From Chiloscyllium plagiosum (taxonomy: Eukaryota), in contig NC_057719.1 in the NCBI RefSeq assembly GCF_004010195.1, positions 74,712,043-74,776,042 of the forward strand: a stretch of DNA of 64,000 bases. The letters are read 5' to 3'. A model generated the notes under the pieces. It was not told the origin of the DNA. It saw only the letters and a list, made by a program, of their open reading frames with translations, and ran no database searches. Positions 25,761 through 38,530 of the stretch are shown piece by piece. Both the position numbers and the translations under genes were made by a program. How positions within the stretch are numbered: the stretch's first letter is position 1; each line of letters starts with the position of its first letter.

Positions 25761-26214
25761 TGTATCATCATGAATGAGTCTTACCTGCTACCCTGTCCTA
25801 TCAGCTGGCTTCCTCCAACACATGGTGGCTCACTTAGAGTGGGGGCATCCATGCCCGAGCTCCCAACCTGCAATGGTAATGTTCCTCTACAAGGCCCCAA
25901 TGAGTCATTCCTCATTTGGTGAGTCATGACTTCATTTGGAAGCACGGAAGAGGACTGTTCATGTTTTAGAGCATGCTCGTATCACCCTGACCACCACACG
26001 GTCTCAACAAAGCAATGAGATAATTTAAAAGCAGTTTGTATTGAGATGTTAGCAGGGTCTGTGCACTGAGTGATTGATTGTACATAGAATGTGCACATGA
26101 CCTGTCTCCAGGAGAATCTAAAGTGAGTCACCTCCACATACTTCACTCAATTGGCTATTCTACGCTTGACCAATTTCCACCTATGTTAAGAGGGTAGCCA
26201 ATCTCCATCTTGTT

Positions 26215-26720
26215 ATACAGTCATGCAGCACAGAAACAGACCCTTTAGTCTGCCTCATCCATGTTGACCAGGTTTCCTTCTGCATCTGGCCCACATCCCT
26301 CGAAACCTTGCCTATGCATGTACGTGTCTAAATGTCATTTCAATATTGTAGCTATACCCGCATCTACTGCTTTCTCTGGCAGTTCATTCCATATATGAAC
26401 AACCCACTGTGTGAAAAGGTTGGCTCTCAGGTCCCTTTATAAATCTTTCTCCACTTTAAACTTTCACCCTCTCGTCTTGGACTCCCCCACCCTACAGAAA
26501 AGACCTCGGTTATTCACCCTATCCATGCCCCTTTATAAAGCCTACAATAAGGTCACCTTTTAACCTCCTTTACTCCAGTGAAAAAAAAGTCCAAACCTCT
26601 CCTTTGTAATCCAAACCTTCCAGCCCCAATAACACGCTTGGAAATTTTTTCTGTGCCCTTTCCAATTTATTAATATCCTTCCGAGAGCGGGGTGACCAGT
26701 TCAGTCCCAGTACCTGACCA
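26215..26720 (-). mobile_element. CR1 3' fragment
   Basis: Diverged version of the CR1 3' region at 22594-23030. Confidence 0.82.
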
Positions 26721-27937
26721 ATGTCAGTGAGTTCATCCCTACTCGGGGAGGGCTCGGGTGAATTGCTGTTGGCTTCAGAAAAATCCCGCTTTTTGTTTTC
26801 TTTTCTCTACCTCAAAACTCCCTTTTGCAATTCGGTTGAGCAAAAGATGGGATTGGACTGTTGCTCAGTCAGCCATCCTTTATCCCAGTGAGTTTACCTC
26901 AACTTGGAACAGCTTCACGTGATCCCCAGAGAGAGTCGTAGCCTTGAGGGGCTGGCGGGGTGAACATCTGAGTCTTTTCTAAAAGGTGCTGCCAAGTACA
27001 GCTCCGAACAACCAGATTTAGCATTGATCTTGTCTCCGTCTCGTCTTGTCTTAAGTCACACTGCTCTGCTGCAGAGTCAGATGGCTCAGCGGTTTTTGCA
27101 ACCTTTTTAAAGCAGGGGAATTCCCCGAAAAGATTGACCACTCCTCGATGTGAAGTATCAGCTGTAACCTTCTGCATTTAAAAATCCGTTTAATCACCTA
27201 CAGCAATAGGCCTGACAGTGCTGGTATCAGAGAGTACCGAAAATGGACACATACAGTGTCTGTTTCCAAACCGCACCCCAGACTGAACCCCTCAAACTCA
27301 TTTCCCCTGGGTTTGGTCTTTAACTTTTTCTCAAATTGTGAAGCAGTAAATAAGACGTGCGACAAAAACGTTTTATGAATTATAGGTACATAATAACTGC
27401 CCAAACAAAGATGAGCTTTCCCTGAAGATGCTCATTATTTTTCTGGGCAGAGAGATCTCTGATGAATTCTGGGACAGACAATGTTATGATCGATGGAAAG
27501 GGCACTTCAGTTGCATGTATCTTTGGAAATTTTAAAGGACCTTAGTTTGACTTGTGTGGTTTTTATGATTTCATTGTTTTAAATCCACTAACATAGTTTT
27601 TATTTAATGCTTAATCAGTCAGATTTTTGTGAAGGTCATTTTTCTCTTGCATTGTTAATTACACAAATAGTCATTTGGTTGTGCAGGACTTGAGTATTGC
27701 TGAGTAATCAACTATATTATCTTGCACCCTCAGAATAATTTGCAGGAATACCAAGGGAAAACAACCTTTTTGTAGATATTTTCTAATTAACATTTTAAGA
27801 GATGTTATTATACAGCTCTGCAATGGGTAAGGCTTAAAACTGGATCTCCTGGCTCAGAGGCAGGGACAATGCACCTCCACCACAAGAGCTTTCAACCTTT
27901 TTATTGACTGTGTGATAGAAAATGGTGATTGATTTGA

Positions 27938-28241
27938 TTAGATTAGATTAGATTATTTACAGTGTGTAAACAGGCCCTTTGGCCCAACAAGTCCATACCG
28001 ACCCGCTGAAGCGCAACCCACCCAGACCCATTCCCCTACATTTACCTCTGCACCTAACACTACAGGCAATTTAGCACGGCCAATTCACCTAACCTGCATG
28101 TTTTTGGACTGAGTGGAAACTGGAGCACCCGGAGGAAACCCACACAGACACTGGGAGAATGTCCACACAGTCAGTCGCCTGAGGCGGGAATTGAAACCGG
28201 GTCTCTGGCACTGTGAGGCAGCAGTGCTAACCATTGTGCCA
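27938..28241 (-). mobile_element. V-SINE with (TCTAA)n tail
   Basis: As for the other copies. Confidence 0.9.
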
Positions 28242-28499
28242 TGGTAAATGCATCAGTTAGATGATGACCGACCATTAACTGCCAAGCCTTGGATAACTTT
28301 AACGGGCGGTTTGATTCTGATTGATCAAGGCATTACCTGGAGAAATGAGCCAGAGTGTGATGTGTCACTTATTTTGTTGTGTTGCCCAGTATGGATACAT
28401 GTTCTTTCTGTTAAAATCCGGTACCTTGGACATTAAGACATGCAGCTTCCTGTAGGCACAACTATGCCACACTGCAAGCTCAACTAACAATCTTAAATT

Positions 28500-28990
28500 A
28501 GTTGTTAGTCCTTAACTCATTCAAGATTATTTAGCAAATGTCCAATCATAGAATCATGTCTAGTGTTGGACACTGTGCTTTGAGTTTTGCAAGTGTCATT
28601 TGGTTGGATACAGCCAAAGATATGATCCACCAGGTTATGGGTTGTATGGCCTACATATCTGGCATCATACTGGAACTGAAATTCAGCTAACACATGACCT
28701 ATTTGTGTGATTGGCAGCAATCTTTTGTTTTGGTTTTGATAGCAACATTCTGATAGTGGCAAACATTGCTTGTGTCGCTACTGCCTTTTAACAATATGTA
28801 AAACAGCTAGCTTCACTTGTTTTTTTTCAAACTTCAAAGATATTTTATCCTTCTATGGTAATCTGCAGTAGACTTAGGCACTTTTCAGGACCAGATGCGA
28901 TGGCCTCAGACCCACCAGTCTCCTGCAAGATGGTGTTGACTTAACCTGATGGATGCAAGTTCAGAAACTTTGACACAATATGCCTTTTTT
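28500..28990 (-). mobile_element. Penelope-like element remnant (RT C-terminus and GIY-YIG N-terminus)
   Basis: LPITQIGHVLAEFQFQYDARYVGHTTHNLVDHI fits the GIY-YIG signature VVYxFxCxCxxxYVGxT...L..RI. Confidence 0.7.
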
Positions 28991-29619
28991 GAAAAGCAAT
29001 GTTGGCTATTCATTTATAGCTTGTTTGTTAATTAACAAATGACAGACCAACCATGAATTTGCAGATACTGTTGGAGCCTGCTGATTTTTAACTATACTAG
29101 AAAGTGAGGTGAAGCATGTGATGGCTTTAGGCACGTGGTAATGCAAAAAATATGTTTGAAGGTGAATGCAGAGATATGATGAGATCCATCCTTCCTGCTT
29201 TTTGTTGGTGACTTGAGTTTTGAATAAGAGTTTTTTTAGCACTAAAGAAAGGAATAACAGTAATGGCAATGAAGAGGCTTTGTCATTTCTCGTATACTAG
29301 CACTTACCTTGTCCTTGAAGTAGCTTTCATAATAAGGACAATTGTATCTGGAAATAAGTATCCTTTAAATGTTGACGGCCATTTTGTTTCTCATTTACCA
29401 TGACCCTTCCTCACCTCTACCCTTACACGTTCAACTCCTCACCAACTCATTTAGAGAAGAGTCAAGGCCAAAATCCTAGTCACACATTGTCTACCTGAAT
29501 CTGCCCTGCAAAGTAAGTAGTCAAATTAGCATATCAAAAATGTGTGTAATCATCTGAGTGAGAACATTTGCGTGTTCAGATGAAACTCCTCTTAGATCTT
29601 TGAATGCTTGCAATTACAT

Positions 29620-30004
29620 TGTGTCTTTAGCGTACAGGGGCATGATCAGACAGTCACCTGAGGAGACAGCAGAACGGATTTGGTAAAAAGCTTGAGGTAG
29701 TTGCTTTTCGGGAGCATCCTTGAGGAAGAGTGAAAGATTGAGTTACAGTTTAGTGAGGAAACTACAGTCCTTGAGGCTTAGTCAACTACAGCCGATGGCA
29801 GAGGGCTAAAGGTCCAGGTATGCAAGGCTTCAGAATTGGAGGAAGCAGGGTGGCCATGCACAAGTCTTCCTGCTTTGTGTGTGTGTGTACAAAAAGTTGT
29901 AAAATGCCCATGCAATTGGAGTTACATTGACTGGGCAAGTGCATGATATAGATGTTAAGGAGGGATAAGTCCAGAGAACTGAAGGCAAAGATGAGCTTTT
30001 TAAG
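29620..30004 (-). mobile_element. L2-type LINE 3' fragment
   Basis: aaaagcttgaggtag...gagcatccttgaggaag...cagaattggaggaagcag parallels 17283-17790. Confidence 0.55.
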
Positions 30005-30092
30005 ATTCTGGCATTATTCAAAGTTTGTGCAAAGATTTGTAGCTCGGGTGCTCGTTGTTGTGGTTCTGTTCGCCGAGCTGGAAGTTTTTGTT

Positions 30093-30132
30093 GCAAACGT
30101 TTCGTCCCCTGGCTAGGCGACATCATCAGTGC
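30093..30132 (-). ncRNA. Minimal type I hammerhead motif, intact core
   Basis: gca-CTGATGA-t-gtcgcctagccagggGAC-GAAA-cgTT-tgc on the minus strand; ACGT palindromic helix III, GUU site. Confidence 0.75.
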
Positions 30133-30254
30133 TGGGTACCCAATATACCAACCACGACAGCGGACAGCTGAAACTGACAACCGGAAACGGCAGGGACAGA
30201 CCACTATAAACACCAGAGGAAACATCAAAGAAGCGCTTCGCAAGAGGCTCCCAA

Positions 30255-30294
30255 GCACTGATGATGTCACCTAGCCAGGGGACGAAACGTTTGC
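30255..30294 (+). ncRNA. Minimal type I hammerhead motif, intact core, sense to the ACTN pre-mRNA
   Basis: gca-CTGATGA-t-gtcacctagccagggGAC-GAAA-cgTT-tgc. Confidence 0.75.
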
Positions 30295-30556
30295 AACAAA
30301 AACTTCCAGCTCGGCGAACAGAACCACAACATACCCCTTGTTTCATTAGAGTCAGTCTCGGTACCAGAAACTTGGCTGCTCATGCTACATTCCCCTGAGA
30401 GTTCATCCACAAACTCCATCAACAAACACATCGACCTGGACCCAATATACCAACCACTACAGCGGACAGCTGAAACTGACAACCGGAAGCGGCAGGGACA
30501 GACCACTATAAACACCGGAGGAAACATCAAAGAAGTGCTTCGCAGGAGGCTCCCAA

Positions 30557-30596
30557 GCACTGATGATGTCGCCTAGCCAGGGGACAAAACGTTTGC
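30557..30596 (+). ncRNA. Hammerhead motif with G12>A core mutation
   Basis: Same motif but GAAA reads AAAA; helix III palindrome and cleavage triplet are intact. Confidence 0.6.
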
Positions 30597-33164
30597 AATA
30601 AAAACTTCCAGCTTGGCGAACAGAACCACAACAATTCTGGCATTATTTTGAAAATGTAGAAAATTACAGAAACCAGAGGAGACCAATTTGAAATGATTGC
30701 TGACGACTGTTCTGCTCACTGCAAAGGATGTGCCTGCTCTTTAATCTAGCCGCTTCACTAATGGCAGTTCCTTGCAGTGCTACCTGCATACACGCAATAC
30801 TGACATTTCCTCCTTGTAGCTCTGGGATGCTGTAATGTACAACACACTTCTTTACACAGATAGCAGATTCCTGCAATGAAACAGCAGCACTCCTAGGGAG
30901 CATTTAGTAATTCAGCAATGTTTTGGGTATATTCTCATCCTGGTTAACAGGGAGAGCAGAAAATGAGCTGGTGTGAACTCTCCCTGTAATTGTTGTCACT
31001 CGATAGTCTTAAGCTTGTGCCCAAAACAATATTAGATGGATCATCCACTCATTTGGAGATAGGGTTGAGCAGACGGTTCTGAAGGCAGATTGATGTATGA
31101 TGTTCAGTGCATTGTGAATGCTTGACACATCCTACGTGAATCTTGTCTCTTCAGAGTTTTGCAAAAAGAAAAATCTGCCCTCAGTTTGTGCAAGAATTAT
31201 TTATTGAATTTTTTTACTTCTGACTTTGAATCCTGCCAAAGTCCGTTTTCAGCAGTGTCTGAGCCACCTGCCTGTGTTTATTTGTTTCACCAGGGTCGCT
31301 CCAATATCACCCACGAGTGACCTTCCTTCATCTGAGAGTATAGAATTTGACTGTTGGAGGGCTGCTTGACTGAGGGGTGAATTGCAGCCTGACTTGATGT
31401 TCCTCCTTGCCCTGTTCGTTGCCTGTCCTTCTCACCACTATTTCCCTGGTATCCTCCCACCAGCCAGTGACCACCTTCCTGCTATCACTCACCTGTCAGC
31501 GTGGGGTTTAGATGCTGATCTGATCTGTGGGACCTCCCTGATGTCCTGCTGTCAGCCGTTACCACACCTCGTTGGCTGGCAGCTCCTATTATGCTGAATT
31601 TCTGCCTCCAGAGTCCTCAATCCCAAGAAAGAATAAACGCCAGCCACTTGTACAGTTGGGCTTTCCATATACGAGGTGACATGGGACTTCCACCAGCTCT
31701 CAAGCCTCCATTAGATACTGCCATTTATCTGTAACATCTCACCCTCCTAGCTAGTCACCAGCTGGTTAAGTCTACATTTGTAACACTGTCAACTATATGA
31801 AATTGTTAGGGTCCATAATTGATGATGTAACCTGGATCCCATCTGCTGCATGTTAGTTGCTATTTCCTTCAAGAGACTAAACTTACGGACTTAACATTGG
31901 TTCCCACATTCACCAGCTCTCTCTCCAGGAAAGCAACTCAAAAGCAGCGTGGGAAGGCAAAAACAAACCATTCTCCATCCACACTTCTGTGTTACTGTTT
32001 ATCTGTAAAGGAGTTCTACCTTTACATGAGCAGGGCAAAGTACAACACAAATAGCACCTCAAATTTACCCATATGCTAAACCTTACCCTTCGTACACCTT
32101 TGTGGTCACTACCTATCAAAAATGTCTGATCTGAGGAAGATTTGAAATTTCTAACGTGGTTTGTGAATCATGAGCTCAGTTCCATATTCCCCTCACTGTC
32201 TCAGTGATACGTTGACCAGTTATAACAAGCTGACCCACCTGAGCAGTGATCAGTTAAAACCGTTAAAAAATTGGCACTGTTTCTCTAAACTGTCTCTGCT
32301 ATCTAGTAGGTATAATGTGCCAGTGGGAGAATGTGAAAGTGTGATTGTTTTCGCTTTTGGTTATGACAACCCTTGGGTTTTGTAGGTAAAAAAATTGTCG
32401 TGATTTTGTCCACTAATTCACTGAAGTGGTAATGGACACTCAGGTCCATTTCAAGAAGGAAATCTAGTATCCTTCCTCAGTCTGGCATAGCTGTGACTCC
32501 AGACCCATATCAATGGTTGATTTTCAACTGCCCTCTGAAATGGCTGAGCAAGCCATTCAGATCAAGGACAATTAGGGGTGGGCAACATCACATGAGAGAA
32601 TTTCTTTTTTGCAAAATGCTAATAAAACAACAGTTTATGAGTGTGTATCAGTTGAACTATTCTTTTTACATTAATGTTATAGCAGGATTTATTGTAATGT
32701 CCTATTTTTCCAAAGATCCTTAGGCATTTTAGACCAAACTTTTATGGCAAGCAATGTCCTATTTCGTTCTTGAACCAGCTGTTTTTATCTTGGAGGTGTT
32801 CTGTCCTTTAACCAAGTTTCTCAAGTCATTTTCTGTTCAGAATGGCTTAGTTTGCAGGTTAATGCCACTGTGCAGTGGGATAATATCAGTCAGTAATATT
32901 TGGTTATGATCTCCTATTTTAATTGTTTGCAGTGAATACTTTATTGCAGTTGATGTGAATCAGCCCTGCTGTCAATAAAAGTATGGTTCTGTTGGGGACA
33001 TTAGGTCATATTAAGTCACATCCTGTATAGGAGCCATACATCCGCAGATACAGTAATACTTGCCAAACCTGGAAATCCAAATGTGATACGCTTCCCTTTA
33101 ATATCTCCTTTAAAAACAGATTGCTTCATTCCACTACACTCTTACTGTGGGCTTGCATTGCTTC

Positions 33165-33300
33165 ATGCTGGTGAACGTCTTATGCCCAAAACATCGATTC
33201 TCCTGCTCCTCTGATGCGTCCTGACCGGCTGTGTTTTTCCAGCAGCACAGTCTCGACTCTGATCTCTGATCTCCAGCATCTGCAGTCCTCCCTTTCTCTC
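33165..33300 (+). mobile_element. Short Penelope terminal-repeat insertion with 15 bp TSD and decayed hammerhead
   Basis: GGCTTGCATTGCTTC at 33150-33164 and 33301-33315; body matches the tail at 16213-16310. Confidence 0.85.
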
Positions 33301-33709
33301 GGCTTGCATTGCTTCCCAGACTAGATAGATAGTTAATAAGTTCCTCTATTGAGTGGTATATGGATGAGCTCACTTATATTGTGTTATACACACCGTAGAG
33401 TCTTGATTCAGTAGGAGCATTCAGTGGGTCTTTGGATAAAACTTCATACCGAATTGCCTCCTGCAGGCCAGTGCAATGATTCTATGCCATTGCCTGAAGA
33501 GGAACAGGGAGTTACTCTGATGTTCTCCTCTCCCAACGCCATCAAAAGCAAATAAGTGTGGGACTCAATGGAGCCATACTGGGATAGAAAGCAGGAAACT
33601 GTAGACTAGTTAAACAAACATCTAACCATTGTGAAAATTTTGTGATCCATTATTAGGTCGAGGGGTGTCAGGACCTTCAGATAAGAATATTACAATTAGG
33701 TGGAATCAA

Positions 33710-35330
33710 CTTGGCTTTATGAAAGGGAAGCCAATTCTTGTAAACTTCTTAGAGTTCCTTGGAGGATGTGTAGAGAAAAGGGGGCCAGTAGATGTTGTGT
33801 TCAGATTTGCAGAACACATTTGAATGAGATGCCCTATAAAAGGTGACAGCAAGAGATAACTACTCATTGGACCAGATTTTCTGAGGAGGCTTGGAAACCC
33901 CATTTCCAACCCTGATCAGGAAAGAGAATATGTTTTGATCAGTTCTGCCCTTGAATTTCCTGGACTGGAACCTTCTATTAAAACCAGTAGAGACAAATCC
34001 AGGAATGCTCATAGTCATAATGGAAAGGATTAGTCTGGAAATGATGCCGTCTACATCGATTGTGAGGATGCTGTTTGCTGTTGTGTAAGTGCCCTGCAAT
34101 CAGATAGATGGCTGTTGAAATAGGTCAGGTTATTGTTGAATTAGGATTGGGCGGAAGCGGGTATGGAGGGGGCTGCTATTTAGGGCATTAAAGTGACAAA
34201 TAGGTGAGAGGTTGGGTCCAACAAGGTGACGTGTATGTCCCTACTGAGGGGGAGGGGGGTGCGGGTGAGTTGCCAGGTCAGAGTTTGGGGAACGGCTAGG
34301 TTACACTGTCAGGTTGAGGAGGTGGGAAGTATAGGTCTGGCAGGGTCAGGTCAGCATGGTTAGTTTCAGATCTTTGAGGGGTGTATGTTGGCAGGATTGT
34401 TACTTGAAGGATAGGGATGTGGAGTGAGGTGCAGTGTCATTGAGTCAGGAGTTCATTTTAATAGATTACCAGAAATTTGTCCAAGTCTTTAGTCCTTCAA
34501 TGTTTTTTGGTTCACTGTGAAGCTGAAACAAGTTGAAACCCTGTGAAATCTGGCTCTTAACTCTCAATCGGCATGTTTTCCAGAAGGTTCCAGATGCTGA
34601 GTAAAAGCCCCAATGAAATTTCAATGCCTCAATGATTCCAGGGGAGTCAGCTGCAGGGTCCTGATCAGTGACTCCAGTCTGTGTCGTCAAACTGACTTTC
34701 CATCCTTCAGAATCTCTGAGCTGGTCTATTGAGGGCGATGTGTTAGTGTGGAGAGCCTATCGGCGAACTAAGAGAATCTGGATAAATGGGCCACCCTCTG
34801 GTTGGCAAATTGTAACTAATAGGGTTCCACGGGAATGGGTGTTCCTAACCTGAGTACTTGTCCTGCTTTAATGAGTTGGGTGAAGGAACTGACCATATTG
34901 CAGCCATATTTGGCAGCAATAATAAGAAAGGCAGGGAAGTAAGTTTGGAGAAAGATGCAAAGTTTTCATAGGGATTGAGATGGGGAAACTGTGTGAGCAA
35001 ACATTTGCCAGACAGAGGGAAGGTGTTTCCTCTGGTGGGAGTGGTAAGAATGAGGGAGCAACCTTGAAATGTGGAATGATACTGTTCAACAGTGTTGTCA
35101 GGAAGTAGTTCTTGACAGAAAAGGTTGTGAAAATCTGGAACCGGCCCTTTTTTTTTTAAAAGCTGCGATGTAAGTTGAAAATTCAAAAGTGAGCTGATAA
35201 CATTTCTTTCGACAAGGGTATTAAATGTCGACAACCAAGGCAGGAAGCTAGAATTGAGCCCATGACCAATTGTGACCTGTTTGAATGGTGGACCAAGTTT
35301 AAGGGGTTAATTAGACGACGACTCCTCTTT
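33710..35330 (+). mobile_element. Old CR1 LINE fragment split by an ~860 bp element with imperfect terminal inverted repeats (33868-34728)
   Basis: CR1 RT sequence stops at ...actactcat and resumes at tattgagggcgatg; insert ends read tggaccagattttctgagga and tccttcagaat...ctggtcta. Confidence 0.55.
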
Positions 35331-36855
35331 CACTCCAATGAAACAAGGTGGGGGGAGGAGGATTCATGTTACTGTATATTCATAGAATGGTTCTAGCACC
35401 AAAGAAAGCCTTTCATGTCTCTTGTCAGGTCTCAGTGAGAACAACTCAACTCTGCCTTTACCCCGTAGTCCTGCAAAAATTTCCTATTTCAAGTAGTTGA
35501 CCAATTCCCTTTGACAACCACAATTGAATTTCCCTATACCACTGTCTCAGATTCGAACAACACTGCTTTTAAAACATTTTTCCTGATCATAGAGAGAGAG
35601 ATCCCTGCTCAGGGATTTGCACTGCAGGCATGTAGTGAACATTGAGCAGTGATGGACAGAGACCAGACACCAATTCAAATCCACTTTGGCTCATAGGGAT
35701 ACACCAGAAGGAAATGAAAGAGATCTTCGGAATGTTTGACTATTGTCTTTTTCCTGTCTGGTGTGCTCTGTCATCCATTAATTTTCCAAAATGGTCTAAT
35801 TTCCCCCACTGCAACTTATTTTTATTCATGTGTCAGCATTGTGTAAAATGGAGCCTTGGGAGATTTTCCTTCTGATAGCTACAGCTTCCCCTTTAGGGGG
35901 AAGGAGGGGGTGCTGAGATTCTGCACAGGTAATTGCTCATAAACAGCACTCGCAGAAATAGGTCAGCCTCTTCATGACACTGTGTACTTTATCCTTCAGA
36001 TTGTCATGACCGTGCAGACTGTAACAGTGCCCCAAGTCAATTTATTCACAAGATTACTGAAACCCATATCAAATCCATATGCCTGCAAATACAATTTTAT
36101 AAAGTGTCATATTTTCAATATTATGATAGACGTGCACTTCCATGAAAAGGCTAGTACTGTGCTACCGATCTGAAAGGTACATTATTTAACTGCTGCAGTT
36201 GACATCCGTCTAATCACAGCCTCCACTTAGAATTGTATTGACTGTGCTGTCAGTCTGCTGTCTTAAATTGGAGGGGGGCCAAATCTCTTTTCCCAGGGAT
36301 AGGTCATAATCCATTATTTTCCTTTGGTTTCCAATTGCCGACGCATGGGGCAAGCTGTAAGGCTATTAGACAGATCATGACCCTCTGACATCCCTGGTGT
36401 GCGTCAGCATCCACAATTCCATAGGCCTTTGAATTTCTTGCACAGCTCCTTGTGTATTGTCCAGGTTGCTGACGCATATAGGCAAGTGGATGGAATATAG
36501 AATTTTACTTGTTTTTGTCCAAGTTTGAATTTACCCGTTGTTAAGACATGTTTTAATCTTCACAGAATTTATTTCTAGCTGCTTCTATCCTTGTTCTGAT
36601 TTTGGCATCTTGTCTGCCAACTTTTGACACCATTTAAGAATGAATGAATTAATTTTATTGTCACATACTTAAATGAGGACAGTGAAACATTTACAAGTTG
36701 CCACTTAGTGCTATCTTAGGTACAGCATTATTTACAGATCAGTTACAGTGTAACAATGTCACCAGCACACAGTGCCATCTTAGGTATAGAATATCTAGGT
36801 ACAGTCCTCAGTTAGAGAATAGAAAATTGAATAAAGTTAAACTGGTTCCATCGTG

Positions 36856-36995
36856 AGAAAGTGAGGACTGTAGATGCTGGAGGTCAGAGTTGAGAATGTG
36901 GTGCTGGAAAAGCACAGCAGGTCAGGCAGCATCTGAGGAGGAGGGCTCTGCTGCTGCCTAACCTGCTGTGCTTTTCCAGTGCCACACTGTCAATT
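36856..36995. mobile_element. Fold-back Penelope terminal-repeat insertion, centre deleted
   Basis: Arms ctggaaaagcacagcaggt and acctgctgtgcttttccag; near-TSD ctggttccatcgtg (36842-36855) and ctggtttcatagtg (36996-37009). Confidence 0.72.
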
Positions 36996-38204
36996 CTGGT
37001 TTCATAGTGACACCGTCTACACTAATCTGAACTTTCTTTGTCTCTCCTACTTTATTTCTTCCAAGTGCCATTGTTTTTGGCTATTTGTACACAATCTAAA
37101 GTTCCAGATTATACTGAATGTAAGCTGTGGACTTGTCAGCAAACTGGCTGGTTTATTAAATCACGACACCAAGCCACGAGGCGGGGGAAACGCGACGGGT
37201 TTGCTTTGGGATTGTCGGTAGCTGTGGGACGAAAGTGAGTCAGGATCTGTCTGGGGTGGAGGGATGGGTTCAGACCGGAGGGCATTGCCTTGGTTTGCCC
37301 CTCTATCGGAGAGGGGGTATGGATAACTGGGGAAGAGCATTTTACACCAACTAACTTTTTTTAAAAAAAGGAAACATAACACTGAATATCAGCGGGTTTC
37401 CTTTCTGACAATCAATCGGTATTAGATAGGGAGGTGCAAAAGAATTATTAATTGGCATTGGTGAGCTTGGAAAGCCCTCCCAGGGTTCTGCGGATGTTGA
37501 TAAGTGTCATGGCTCAGTGTGCAAAATGACTTGGCATGTGTTAGGGGTGATATCTCCAAATGCAGGCCGCGAGAAATGATGGGGAGGAAGTCTGACAGTC
37601 CAGGCCCTGAGCTCAGTCTGCTCTTGTTGTTGATTTAAGTGCTGATGCGCCTTGATCCTGATAGGAAGCAGTTCTGATGCTGCCAACAAACTGCTCTTCC
37701 CTCTCGCTGCCTGAGTCAAGTTTTTGTAAAGGAGAGGAAGTCCATTTCAACGGGTTATTGCAATTCCTTTTCACTCGAGTTGACTTAAAATCGGGGAAAG
37801 AAATGGCGTTACACAGGCAAGATTATCTCCTGAGACACTAAGTTCAAACTTCCAGGTATCCAATGTCCATGGGCCTAGTTTACATTCTTACTTTCTGACT
37901 TCCTGCATTTTCAGGACTTCCCAATCATCACAACCTCCCGTTTTTAACCTGTTCATGGAGCAGTGCTCTGAAAGCTTGTAATTTCAAATAAACCTGTTGA
38001 ACTATAACCTGGTGTTGTGTGATTTTTAACTTCACCCACAGAATGGCCACTCTAACTTGAATGTAACATTGATTGTCTACAATGTTCGTTCACCAGTTTT
38101 AATGGCTGCATGCTTTGTAGCTGAACCGTGGAACTGTTGTTAGAGCCTCTGGGCCCTCATGCTGGAGTTTCCACAGCAGTGAGAGGACCTGTAAAATGAT
38201 GAAA

Positions 38205-38530
38205 AATGGGAGTAGGAACAGGATACACCATTCAATAAGATCATGGATAATCTGATTATGACCCTAATCCATTGTCTTGCCTGCGCCTTAGCTCAGTTAC
38301 GATGAAGATTCTAACTTGTCCTTGAGTATGTTCAATGACCCAGCCTCCGCTGCTCTCATTGGCAGAGAATTCCAAAAACTAACAACCCTTTGTGGGAGGA
38401 AGCTTCTCCTCATCTTCGTCTTAAATGGGAGACACCTTTTGTTTTGAAACTGTGGCTGCAAGTTTTAAGTTGTCCCTCAAGGAGAAGCATCCTCTCAGCA
38501 TCTACTCTGTCAAGTCCTGTGAGAATCTTG
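38205..38530 (-). mobile_element. CR1-type LINE 3' fragment
   Basis: ggagtagg..ccattcaataagatcatgg...ctcatcttcgtcttaaatggg, related to 61728-62570. Confidence 0.7.

Larger units (their letters stand above)
30019..30633. mobile_element. Penelope-like insertion: one inverted plus two tandem terminal repeats, 14 bp TSD
   Basis: ATTCTGGCATTATT at 30005-30018 and 30634-30647; inverted copy 30019-30137, direct copies 30138-30331 and 30402-30633; GIY-YIG C-terminal peptide SSTNSINKHIDLDPIYQPL. Confidence 0.9.
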
